In this document: positions 23,709 through 36,159 of the stretch, piece by piece
Position numbering within the stretch: position 1 is the stretch's first letter
Layout of the letters: every line of letters starts with the position of its first letter
Source: Tubulanus polymorphus
Lineage: Eukaryota > Animalia > Nemertea
DNA length: 64,000 nt
Direction: 5' to 3'
NCBI RefSeq assembly: GCF_964204645.1
Contig: NC_134035.1
Span: forward strand, 12,742,451-12,806,450
Notes under the pieces: model-generated
Seen by the model: the letters and a program-made list of their open reading frames with translations, nothing else
What the model was told of the DNA's origin: nothing
Database searches by the model: none
Program-made: the position numbers and the translations under genes

Positions 23709-25639
23709 TCACTCGTCGATAAATCAATCAGTAATCCATTCCAGTCATCGTCCATCGACGAATCTTATAAAATAGCCATTTTGACATAAGATCTAGAAGT
23801 TAGGAAAATGTGCATAAAGGAAGACAGCATTTCGTCGTTTTCTTATAAATCAACAACTAATCCATTTCGATCTTTATTAATCCACGAATTTTGAAACGAT
23901 AGCCATTTTGATCTCTAAGATTTTAGAAGCTTTGTGATAAACGACCCCCAAAACATTTCGTCGTATCTTATTTCGGCATCATAACTCAATATTCCAACAG
24001 TTTATGATACTTTACAATATCCAGAAAGGAAGGTGTAATTGCTTCAAAACAATTACACATATTCCCACAGAACGCGACGTTTTGATGACGATTTTTCGCT
24101 GCGAGTGAAACAAAATTAGTTCAACAAATACTTAAACAAATAATTCATATATTTCACGACGATACAAGTGTAACATTCTGTATTTGACAGTACATACTGT
24201 CACTGTGTATAGAGTAGTATAGTACATACTGTAGCAGGTTCAGTGACTCACTGAGCGTTTTGTCGTCGTCGTTCCAATCAAATACGTTTTTAATTTTTGA
24301 AAAGAAAGTTGTTCTCTTCAAAACAACTTTTTGTTTCTCATTCAGTCGGATGTCGTCGTGACACCCGCAACGCCGTAGAAACTAGTTTACATTTATACTC
24401 AGGAGTCCTTTTGTCAAACCCAGAGACGACATTCTGATCATATCCATTTTGTATTCAACACCGATCGAAGTTTTTAATCAGGTTTCTATTAATTCTATAA
24501 TTGACAATTCGATATCTCGATATCTCGAATTCGATATTGTCCCGGTTTCGCTATTTGGAAATAAAAAAGAAATAATTGCCTATGAATTAATCCATTTATT
24601 CTTAATATATTCATCAAATTGCTCACGACCAATTCGATGGTTGTTGTGGTTAATGACTATGCAATTCGGTTCCTTATATGATGAAAATAAGCTGGAAAAC
24701 AGATTCAGAATCGGGGGGCATGCCTCGAACCACTAATCGCTGAAACAGCAGTCGTCGTAGAATTCAGGATTTACGATTTGATCGGAGAATTAGGAATTAA
24801 CGAACGAAAATTGAATGATTTAAATATGATGATGACGGGTTTTCTGCAAAGCCATTCAGGATGATGGGAATTGTAGTAAATTTAAATACCGATTCATAGA
24901 ATAAAATGCATTGACAGATTCGAACCTAATATGCCACCACTGTGTAAACGTCAAATGTGATTCAGCTCTGAAACCGAACATACGCGGACATACAATCAAC
25001 AAATATGAATTTATCCATTTATTTTGGCATTCAAACATGATTCTGTATTGTCACCACGCTTTGATTTGATCGGAGAATTAGGAATTAATGAACGAAAATT
25101 GAATGATTTAATAAGAGCGCGTAAACACGACTGCCAATTGACCTCGTAGACTGTTCACAGAAAATGCACACATAAAAACGATGAGTATTTTTTTCGTGAT
25201 AACTAGACCAACTACAGCAGCACTATTAGACCAACTACAGCAGCATTATTAGACCAACTACAGCAGCATTATTAGTCTATTATGTTCAGTTCTATACAAA
25301 CGGGCCCACGAAAAAATTGTCCGTGCCAAGAGTATAAGAGAACGTGAATGAATTATGAATGAACGAAAAATATGTTTGATACCAGTTATTCTTTAATACC
25401 AGTTATTATTTCTCAGCAAAAAAATTAAAACCCATTTCGCTCGTTGAAACTTTACCATCACTTCCTATTTGAATAGATTTAAAAAATATTTGCATAGGAT
25501 AGAAAACTAAGAATATTTTGGCAAAATTGTTTCTATATGAGTTGCGCGGTCATAGCTTAATTTTTAAGAAGAGTCTAAGACCATGTTAGATCTACGAGTC
25601 GAGTTTTAACCGTGGAAATGGCTCCTGAAGTCATCATAC

Positions 25640-25736
25640 CTTTTTTATCTTTAGATTGTAAAACCTTCTTTTCCGTTTCGCGTTCTTCTGATTTTGATTT
25701 ATTCGCTGATTTTCTATCGCGTTTCAACTTTTCCAT
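25640..25736 (-). CDS. Candidate alternative first coding exon of PLC (32 aa, K/E-rich)
   Basis: MEKLKRDRKSANKSKSEERETEKKVLQSKDKK then G|GTATGA; 97 nt = phase 1. Confidence 0.55.
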
Positions 25737-26416
25737 GTTCGAGTGTTACGTATATATATATTTATATTTGAGCTAATTCACGGTGTAACAAATTCACGCT
25801 TAAATCCTCCTCCGTTCTCGACACTTTTAGACCTTTACCAGACTTCACGATGCTGGAGACACCGGACCAAAAGGTTGCTAGTACAGAACACGAAGAATTC
25901 AAAAATTCTGAATTAAATTTAAGTTGGAATCAGCTTGTTTTCGATCACTGAAACCGTAACAACCGCAATTGTAACTGAAATCTGCGGAATTGGGTCCAAT
26001 ATGTTGAAATCCGTCTCTGCTTTGTAATGCACTGCCCAGACTGCTACCAACTAATCGCAGTAAATATTACTTATATATATACCCAGCGATTAAACACAGT
26101 TTTATGTATCTGTGTCAATCTCGATTTTCCCTAAATCAACGTCTATAATTCCAGACAATATGTGATCGAATACGTAATTTCGGCGTTGTTGCCTGGACCG
26201 CGAATTATCAACAAATAAATGCAAACACCCGCTAGAACAATACAGACATATTATCTATTATTCATATCGTATGAATAATGATTAGATCGATGATAAAAAA
26301 TTCTTTTTGAACAAACAAAACCTAGATACGAGTTTTAGTGTAAATAGAAATTTCAATTTCAAATATTTTTAATGACAACACCGTGGATCTATAGGTACAG
26401 TGGTTAGAGACTGAGG

Positions 26417-26582
26417 GGGAGAGGGAGAGGGAGAGGGAGAGGGAGAGGGAGAGGGAGAGGGAGAGGGAGAGGGAGAGGGAGAGGGAGAGGGAGAGGGAGA
26501 GGGAGAGGGAGAGGGAGAGGGAGAGGGAGAGGGAGAGGGAGAGGGAGAGGGAGAGGGAGAGGGAGAGGGAGAGGGAGAGGGA

Positions 26583-26620
<38 letters not shown>
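26417..26620. repeat. (GAGAGG)n / (GA)n polypurine microsatellite
   Basis: Directly visible. Confidence 0.97.
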
Positions 26621-26623
<3 letters not shown>

Positions 26624-26726
26624 AGAAACGTTGCATCTTTTAAGATTTTGATTTTAACTTTTTTGATAAACAAATATCATTTTCAATTTTTGAAACTTAC
26701 AATACATTGGGTGTTAATCTGTTTAC

Positions 26727-27183
26727 CTGTTCCTACTATTTTCTGGCTACCATGTCTCCTACAGCCGGTCACCGATCTACTGACCACCGCAGTGACCCCG
26801 GCCGAATCGTCGCCTCTGTTTGTCTTCGACCAGTTATTTAACCGATCATCACCGCTACGACAAGTTTGACACCTTCTCTCCGTATCGGTTTTCGGAGTCG
26901 CAAAAGTGGCCCGTGATGGCACTGTTTTCTTCGGAGGCGCCCGTTCTAGAAAGTCAGTTCGTTTGACCCACACGTCAGTTGAAGCTGGTTCCTGTAGAGC
27001 GGTCTTTTCGGGACATACCACGTACCGCGTGTACGTCATCGCTGGACGAGCCTGATTCGCGGAAGTGGGAGGATACAGCTTTGGCACCGGTTTCGGTGAG
27101 ATTTCAGCTTTCGTAAAGTTGCCATAGTGGCCATCTTGTTCGGGTGCGCGCACAGTTAGATTGTAGGTCTTTTTTCGTCCCAT
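26727..27183 (-). CDS. Candidate alternative first coding exon of PLC (152 aa)
   Basis: MGRKKTYNLTV...KIVGT then G|GTAAAC; 457 nt = phase 1. Confidence 0.6.
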
Positions 27184-29354
27184 TTTCACGAGTCTAATTA
27201 TCCGAATTCAAGTAAGGCGGCCTTCAGTATTAATCCGTCACAGCTACGGCTTAGAACTCTAAAATCGATCTATCATCCAAAGTGTTCGTACGACAAACGA
27301 ATGAACTTTCGTCTTAAACTCCGTATAAATTCATCAAAAGACTCGATAATTATAACAGTTCCATATGAAACGTATACGCACTGGATATCATAGAAACCAC
27401 ACCCTTAATAGACAACTTGGTGCTTAGAATGTATACCACCAGAAGGTCGACCTTATACTTAAAAATAACCTAAAGTTCACTTCTTGTAATACACTACACT
27501 GTTTCACCAGTGGGCCGATAATCCAGTTCTAGTGTGAAAACAATGAAACTGTGACCGGGAGTCATTGAATTTGAACTTTCTCATTTGCTTTTATGCGTTA
27601 GTGTTCTCATTAAAGACCTCGCGTCTGCGTTTAACGTTGAAAACAATTCATCAGCCCGTAAAACGTAAATATAGCTTTCTATTCCGACGAAACGGGTACG
27701 AAAATATCCCCACCACAGGGATACCACTGTTCCGAAGTTAACTCTCCCTCTCGCAAGCTCCCGGCGAAGAAGATTCGATTTCTTACATGTTTTTCGACAA
27801 AATGCCAGTATCGCTATCCCGAACAGCCTCTCTTCAGATCAGCATTACATATAATCACATATACTGCAAACAGCAATATTTTATATTGATCGAACGTTTG
27901 GTGTCCGATCACCGACGCAGCATTTCACTCGAGACATCCGCAGTCGATATACGTCACCAGTTACAGCGTACAACACGACAGCCGAACTGTCGAGTTCGAC
28001 AGGACTGTGACAGAGTCGTTACTCCAGCCTCACAAAGAAACAACCATAGCGATAACCATCACATAGCGAATTACCATGGATAAGACCGCGCTCTGTGTTC
28101 GAATTCCCGCACGAGAAACAAGTTCCAAATCACATTAACTACTAGTATATGTAATTATATCAATGAAATTAGCCCGATTCGATGTATAGATCCTCCGTCG
28201 TCAGAATTCTACAAATATATCACGGTAATGGCCGTTTGAAATCCAGCAGTGTCTGAGCAGTACAACGAGCTGAAGCTGGTGATGAGCTCGTATAGTGAGA
28301 GATGTTGAGTAGTATGAACCGCGCGTACAGAAAGCTACAGACGAACGTCACTACGCGTAGTACATGTTTCAGATGTTGTTAGATACTTGTATAACCAGAC
28401 ACAGCGTAATAGACTATCGTGTGCTATAAACTCATCAGCGAGTTGACAACCATCTGGATGCGTGTGACAATGTTAGACTTTGTTTAGCTCTTAAACCCGA
28501 CGGGTGTTTAAACACAGAACAAGGGTGGTGTGAGTTTTTTCTCGGAGGGGTACGTGTGCGAGCGAAAATATATTTTACAAATATTTCATGAAGCGAAAAT
28601 ATCCATTAGACTCGTCTTAAGTTGGTTATAGTACCATAGAACCATGAGCTTAGACTGGTTTTAAATTGTTAGATTGGCTATAGAACCAAATTGAGCTAAT
28701 ACTGGTCTTAAGTTGGTTATAGAACCAGACCAAGTTTTTTTTGGCTGAATCTGAAAAAAAAACTTAAAACGGTGTATTTCAGCTTTGGTTCATATGAAAC
28801 TTGAACAAAATATTGGAAATGAAACTATAGCTTTTTAGTCATAACTGTGATGGGATCGAGTATGAATGGCGCAACACGTTTTCAAACTGCCGATGCATGT
28901 AAAAAGTCTATAAAACAAAAGCCTATTGACTTTTTTCCGATGTTTCACCAGGATCCCTGCCGCGTTTCACAGCAGTTACCCGGAACCATCCCATCTACCG
29001 AAAAGATTGAGTATCAAGCTGCGCAAGGAATACGACTGCTGTCATTGTCTTTTCGAGAATGGATTCTTTAAGATTGGCAAGAAAAAGTTTCCAATATGTC
29101 ACAATCCCCCGGCAGTGCTGCAGCTTTTGCGCTTATTTTTCGGAATATCTAATTTTTGCTGATGACCACAAGTCTCCTCTTGATGGTCGTTCGTATTGAG
29201 GCCCATCGGGCCGAGAACTGATCAAAACTATCACCGCCGATATTACCGCGCAGTGAGTGTTATTAAGACAATTTCACCTGAACAAATCATCGAATATTAC
29301 TGCTCTATGCTTTCGAATAAATAGCGCAGTTCGACAAATGCGCTGTCACTCACC

Positions 29355-30671
29355 ATGAAGTTGTCGAGTATAGTTGTCCTGTTGATGTTGGTTTGCTGCG
29401 CCCAGGCGCGTTGGAATTGGCACAGACCGAAACCGGCATGTTCGGACATAATGATACGTATAGATGCGTGTACAAATGCTACAGGTAGTAAACTCGACAT
29501 CACCAGTCTGGAAACCGATATCAACAACGCACTCGGGTCGCCGAAAAGATTCACAGTAGGTATTTTTGCGTCTTTGAGGGTTTTTGTGCACACGTCCTGC
29601 CGGGACGGGACAGAGGGCTCATCAGATGAAGAAAAATCCCGGGAAGATAAACTATAAACTAAGAGAGTAGCGACGTTTTTACTTTTATTCTATTATATTC
29701 CGTTTTCAAAAACTAAGAGTTTGAAAATGGCTCATTGAGAAATAATTTGAATTTTAGATGGAATCATTCGCGCCCTTTTGCGAGAAAGGTTATCGGGCTT
29801 GATATTCTAAATGGCAGTTGTCGAATAAACACTATAATCAGTGTATACTGTAGATAAATGAAGAAATCCCACACTTCGAATTTAAAATTATACGATCAAA
29901 ATTTATTATTATGAAACCACAACGTTTCGGCCGTTGACTAACAGCCATCATCATTCCACCTGATGATGGCTGTTAGTCAACAGCCGAAACGTTGTGGTTT
30001 CATAATAATAAATTTGATCGTATAATTTTAAATTCGAAGTGTGGGATTTCTTCATTTATTCTTAATGGCCTTAATGAATCTTTAAAATCATATCACCATT
30101 AAAAATAGACGAAAAAAACTCCATTAGGCCACGGAAACCATCCCCTGCATAATGTATGGTGAGGCTCATTTGACAGTAAATATTATAAAGATTCCTATTC
30201 GCCGCTTCGAATTCAGTCAAAACGTAACTACCGGCTATGTTTTTCTGCGTTTTCTTCAATGATCGATATTGAGCAGCTCGGCTTCAGACGCTGTGCCTCC
30301 TTCAAGCTACAACGACCCACGAATAATTTAGTCGCGGATATTGATCGAATTACAAACCGATCACGAATTTTATTTTCTAGAATTCGCGTTTTCTCAAGAT
30401 CGTGAAAAAAGTGTCGCAATGGCTCCAGTGCGATACACAGACGAATAATTGTACGTCGACCATGTGCACGGGCACGATAAACGCCGGGGTTTTCAACTGC
30501 CACATTTACTTCAAACTACTTCAGATGTCGGAAAGAGCTACAAACACCGAATACAAACAGCCTATTGATAACATCAAAGACGCGATTGATTTGGGACCGG
30601 ATCGCGAAACCATCATCAACGAGCTTAACAAGTATAGAGTGTTAGCGAAAATCCTATCAGCCATCCGCTAA
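29355..30671 (+). CDS. Uncharacterised secreted protein (163 aa precursor, 6 Cys in the mature part), nested antisense in the PLC 5' region
   Basis: Exon 29355-29555 (signal MKLSSIVVLLMLVCCAQA; ACA|GTAGGT, phase 0) joins exon 30381-30671 (ttttctag|AAT) in frame. Confidence 0.7.
29956..29997 (+). ncRNA. Minimal type-I hammerhead ribozyme motif inside a ~206-bp palindrome (29854-30059)
   Basis: CCAC-CUGAUGA-U-GGCUGUU(AGUC)AACAGCC-GAAAC-GUU-GUGG. Confidence 0.8.
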
Positions 30672-31240
30672 AAAATATATTTGAAGAAGGAAAGTTGTTA
30701 AAGAATATATTCTTCTAAAAGCGACTTCACTTTCCATGTATTTTAGTAAAAGAAAAACAACATCTTCGAACGTCTTACTGCAGTAAAATACATATAGACG
30801 TGTATATTTACATATATGTTGCCTTTAAGATATATACGTGTACTATTCACTCATCTATTAAAATGTTGAAATTTACGTAACGAATATAGATTTTAGAAAA
30901 GGATTCCATGAAGTTTCGGTAATTGAAGAATCGAATTCAAAATGCTGTGACCTCATAAAAACGAATCAATGTAACATCTACATCCATTTTATCACGTAAT
31001 AAGTTATTGCATTAAATATTCGACAGTATACCCCTTCAATGAACGGTTTTATGAAATAAGTGGAAAAAAAGCCTAAATGAAAAGCTTGTATTTTGATCAG
31101 CTAAACCCAAAACACACGAAGCAGGAAAATCGTCTGCGTTGGGCTTTTTACATCTGCGTATTTCATCATTCAGTTACCATTTATCTATTGTTTTAGGACT
31201 TGAAAATAATTCTTTCTCATCATTCACACGATTGACTTAC

Positions 31241-31613
31241 CGTCGTGTTCACCGTCCGCGATGGCACTGACGCTACCCTGAGAATGTCGCTCGTATCGAG
31301 TCAGATAATCCGACAACAATCTCTGATAGTGAGTTTTATCCGTATTTGGGGAGAGATAATCCCCGCAATTCGGTAGGATATGATGCGCATCCGGCCGCTG
31401 TTCGTGTTCGAGAAACGGTTCGTTCTCACCGGAAATCGCGAATCCGCCATTATCGATGAGAGTTTGTGGAATGCGTTTTGATGACGGTGCTGTTGTTATC
31501 TTCGAGGCGGACGGTTCTCGTAGAACCCAAACCGGTTCGGAATCGTTCCGGCAACATTCGCAAGGTTTATAGCGAGTTTTAAATAAAGCTCGGTCACCGG
31601 TCATTCTCAGCAT
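31241..31613 (-). CDS. Candidate alternative first coding exon of PLC (124 aa)
   Basis: MLRMTGDRALF...GEHD then G|GTAAGT; 373 nt = phase 1. Confidence 0.65.
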
Positions 31614-34600
31614 CGATGACGAACTATTAATCCGATTCCTTACTGAACAGTCTCACGACGCATGATTCTCAAAGTCACCGTTACGCCTCGATTTTAGCTG
31701 CACTTTTTGATGGATTTTTTCCAGAATATTTTTTCCCGTTCGGTTCGCCTAAATATACACGTTACAATATACGTTACGTTACGCTAAACTTTAAACAACT
31801 GCTTATACGCAAAAAAAGAAAATCTAGCTGATTGATTTATACTTTACTTTACGACTTGCTGAACTAACCTGAACTAACCTGAGAGAATCTGAATACGTTT
31901 AAATGCTTATCTTTTTATAAATTCATAATGAATGATTTACAGAATCATACCTGAACTTAGGAAACCGAAACTAAAAGACACATGTATTCCAGTGATAATG
32001 AGTTATTGAGAAGAAGCAGACTAAAATCACACATTAATGTATCCTGAACGAAATATCCGTATGAAATACGATTCAAGCGAAATCCAACAATCTGAACGCT
32101 GATTCACTCAATAAACCTTCAATTTTACTTGAATTTTAAAGTCTCTTCAAAATGTGGGATTAATCTCAATTAGATATTTTCGTATCAAAAAGATTTAAAA
32201 GACTAGACGCGTCTACGACTGTATGTCAACTGTCACTGGCGTTTCTGTGCAGTAATGTTATTATTCCCCCGATACTTCACCGAATAACTGAACTTCCAAT
32301 AACGGAACCATAACATTTCCGAAACAAGCAGTCACCTCTCAACCCTCTCAACACACACATTTTAATGTCAATATTCCAATATTACAATTTCTGCATTTCA
32401 AATACATTTAGAAAAAAAACTGAAAAAGCTGATTATCAGTCACAATGGTTTGACGCATGCAGTTATGTATAATTGATGATTTTAGATTTTCCATACACGA
32501 CTGTGGTCAGTATATGTTAATGACAAGAAGTCACGACTGCCTGGGTTGATCAAGAATTAGAAGTTAAAAACCTATACGTCACGAAAGATTTGGTTCATCA
32601 ACTTATTAAGCCGGTGATGTGCAAAGATGTAACACGAAAAACATTTTTGGGAAGAATTTGAAACGAACGACATCATGTTTTTTGTTTTGTTTTCTTGTGT
32701 CTCGCACTCAAAAACGGTTCTGTTGAAAAACGTGTTTTTTTACCGCACGTATCACTTTAAATAGGAAAATATATCCGACAATTCCAATTCGACAAATACG
32801 ACTATCCGACAGGAGTTAACTATTCAACTATTTGTTTTTTTTTTCCACTTAACGAAGGAAATATGCCAGAAAATCCGAGAAGTCATCCGGCATCAAACAA
32901 TCATTGGTTTTTTTTTAAATTCCATACTACCACAGTATATAGACTCGCGACAAATTATTTAGTGTTCAGCAGTGCATTAATGCATTCGATAAAACTAGCA
33001 AGGCTAATTGACTGCATCATACTCAGTGGTCCATCCATGCGACTATACCCAGATATAGACCCGTCATCAGTGTCCTCACAGTTACAAACCATTATCACAT
33101 ACATAAATCTAATTCGATATTGTATGACGGCGACGCGATTAGAGTGAGATCCGTTCCATCACTTCCCATCTGTGGATAACTAAATTATGTCAATATTAGG
33201 GAGTTTATAGGTACTCGCACGGGTACTCAGTAGCGACATTACTCACTTATATATCATTACTCTACTCGCACGCACTAATTTAATCATTTCGAGCGTTTTT
33301 GCGCCGCTTTGGTCCCGTTTTCTATCGCGAATTTGATAAATCCCTATAGTGTTAGCCGTAGTCGCGAGCTGGATGGTCGAAGCCTCATGAAAAACTTCAC
33401 CACCGCCGCCGCGGGAATTCAAGCATTATAGATCTCAGTTTCCGCGACGGTTAGACATTATGCGACTCCATTTGCATCAACGTTTCATCTCGACAACCAG
33501 CGCTATTCGTTAGAATTTGTTTGAACAGTTCGGTATTAAGATTTGATGCGAGGGTCAAAACATCTGAAATGAACTTATCTTTCGTCCGACTTTGGAAATA
33601 CTGTAAAACGGGATCCAAATCCAGTTGCAATGTAAAATTCTAGGTTGAGTCTGACTCTTAAAACATCGGAAATTAACTAATGTTAATTCTTGACTCTTGA
33701 GTCACACTTAGGAATAAAACTCTATGGAACCAGGTTCTACCGGTTATTGCGTAATCCATCCGTGAATATTGATTCATCCATATTGTGAAACATTTGTCTT
33801 AATCTCCTCTGATCGTTGCGTTAATCCGATATTGTTCGTATGTGTATTACACACGTTTCACGCGTGAAGTAAAACGATAAGGCTAAGAAGTGATAAGAAA
33901 CCTGTACCTTTATATATAAACTAGTTGTAAAAACAATTACCAACTCCTCAGCGAACAAATCATCGGTGATGACGTGTATACGGTCGATTTTTACGGAAAT
34001 CGACGAGGAGTCAGTTGTTACTATTTGTTTAGTTTCGAACATGTTACAACAACGAGAACTATTTCAACAGTTTCCACTAGCGATAAAACACTGTAAAATA
34101 CACAGTGGAAATGCCCGTTATCCCTCAGAAAAAAGTAAAAATCGCCTAACTTCGTTACGAACCGCTTTTGAAGCTGTTAGCACTGTATAACGATATGCCA
34201 CGTCGGCGTCGGCGTCGACTTTCGTAATAGTTTTCACCACAATTCGATATCGAAAATAGTAGTTTAATTGTAAATGAACGAGAAATCATTAGATTATTGA
34301 GAGTATTTTGATAATTTCGGTAGCGATCGAGTTCTTATAAATAGTTATGGCAGTCAGATCTGCAAATGGGTCCTATGCACGATACCATACAGTTAACCAT
34401 ACATATGGGTGATTCCTATAATATTTCGTTCATTCTTAAATTTAAAATCCATTGTGGAATTATTAAAGCTATTATTATCACTAAAGCGAAAACCTATTAG
34501 ACCTAATTATATCAACAGGTGAACAAATACAATAGGGTTTCGCGAACACTTGCAACAATCCCGGTTTCGACAATACGGTTAAACCTACATATTTCTTTCT

Positions 34601-36077
34601 CTTCTCCGAGATCACAGGAAGCGAGAAGCGGAGCGGGACGTGGGATAATATTGATTTAACGAAAAGCCATTTTTGCACGTGAAATATCTGAATTTTAGTT
34701 GTATATATATCTAATGTGAAAAAAAATGTTCATTTCAATGAAAATTTCAATAAAAATGCCAACTTAAGAATATCCAAATGAATTAATATTGAATAACGTA
34801 ATTCGGCTAAGTAATATTAATGTGAGTCTATTTTCTATGGTCGCTGATTCGGGCCACGCCAAGATTTTCGATCGCGACGACAAATTTGATAGCGAGAAAA
34901 CAAGAAACATTTCTTCATTCTATTCGTATTTTCATAAATCGTCGTCTATTCTTCGGAAGAATGTCAGCGCATAAAGGTGAAAATTAATAGACAAACGTGC
35001 CTCGCAAAATGCCCTCAACAGCTTGACATTTATATGCCGCAGTTAGCTTATAAGCGGATCACATATGTTCAGGGTTTATCTATAATATTCAAGGAACTGT
35101 GGCACCAGTTGACACGATGATATCTAAATGATTGAATTAATCTCTTTGACAGAGAAAATGAAATAAAAATGAAGCCGCACTGAAGTATAATCATCTACCC
35201 TATGAATATCATATTTATGCATTCGTTTCAGGATATATAGGGATATTATCATCGCTTCATACCATTTATCACATGGATATGAATAAATATTGCAATTATT
35301 CAAATTTGTCTGGAAAACTATTATTCGGTATATGTAGTTTTGTTGTAATTTGATATGATAGATGATAGGCCCTATTTATCACAATGTCCATACAGTTTAA
35401 CGAACTGATAAACCTTGATGTAGAAAGCTTCCAACGTATCTTATATAGAGCGAGCGAACATTTTCGGGGTGCTGGGTATACAGGAATACCAAAAATGCTT
35501 TACCGAGTAATAAAATGGTACTATCACAAACCATCAAAAATATTATCCTATATATATATAGCAAAAATGCGTATTTTGTATAAAAGCATCGCTTAAATCG
35601 GAAAATGTTAGATAAAAACTAGACGAAAATAATAATGTAAAATACGGCGTGAAGTTCAAGAACTAGAACATTATGCGAATTCAAATAAACGAAATTTGAT
35701 AAGTTGCGTAAATGCGTTTTTATAACGACTTCCTTACGGCAAGTATGCTTACAATTCTCTTTGAGGAGGAGAGTTTTCAAACTAAATAAACATAATATCA
35801 CTCTCTCACTCTATTACCGCGGAATCGTTACGCGGAGTTTGAGGAGTAAAAAAAAACATCGCACCGCGAAAAAACTGCATAATATAATAATATTACACCT
35901 CAAACACCTCTACTGGAAAATGTCTTTTAATCTTGCTGCCACCAAAAAAAAACACTTTCAAGATGCTTTTGACGTTTTTAACGTCGTTTCTTTGAATTAA
36001 ACCGGATACAAACATGAAACGAGAAACATTAATTCGCTAACATTAATTTGCACGTATTTTTTTGGTTTTCTCCTTAC

Positions 36078-36159
36078 CGCACACCGTAAATAAGACACAA
36101 ACAATGAACACTAGTTTTCCGATTGTTGTGCACGGAATATGAAACTGAAATGCTTTCAT
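36078..36159 (-). CDS. Candidate alternative first coding exon (27 aa, hydrophobic signal/anchor-like)
   Basis: MKAFQFHIPCTTIGKLVFIVCVLFTVC then G|GTAAGG; 82 nt = phase 1. Confidence 0.5.

Noticed and set aside
26322-26673. Poly-SL / poly-LP ORFs
   Set aside because: Translations of the (GAGAGG)n microsatellite.
33941-34042. ATG ORF MFETKQIV...AEEL ending at a GTAATT donor
   Set aside because: The donor is phase 0 and incompatible with the PLC common exon. It is a counter-example and is not counted in the cassette.
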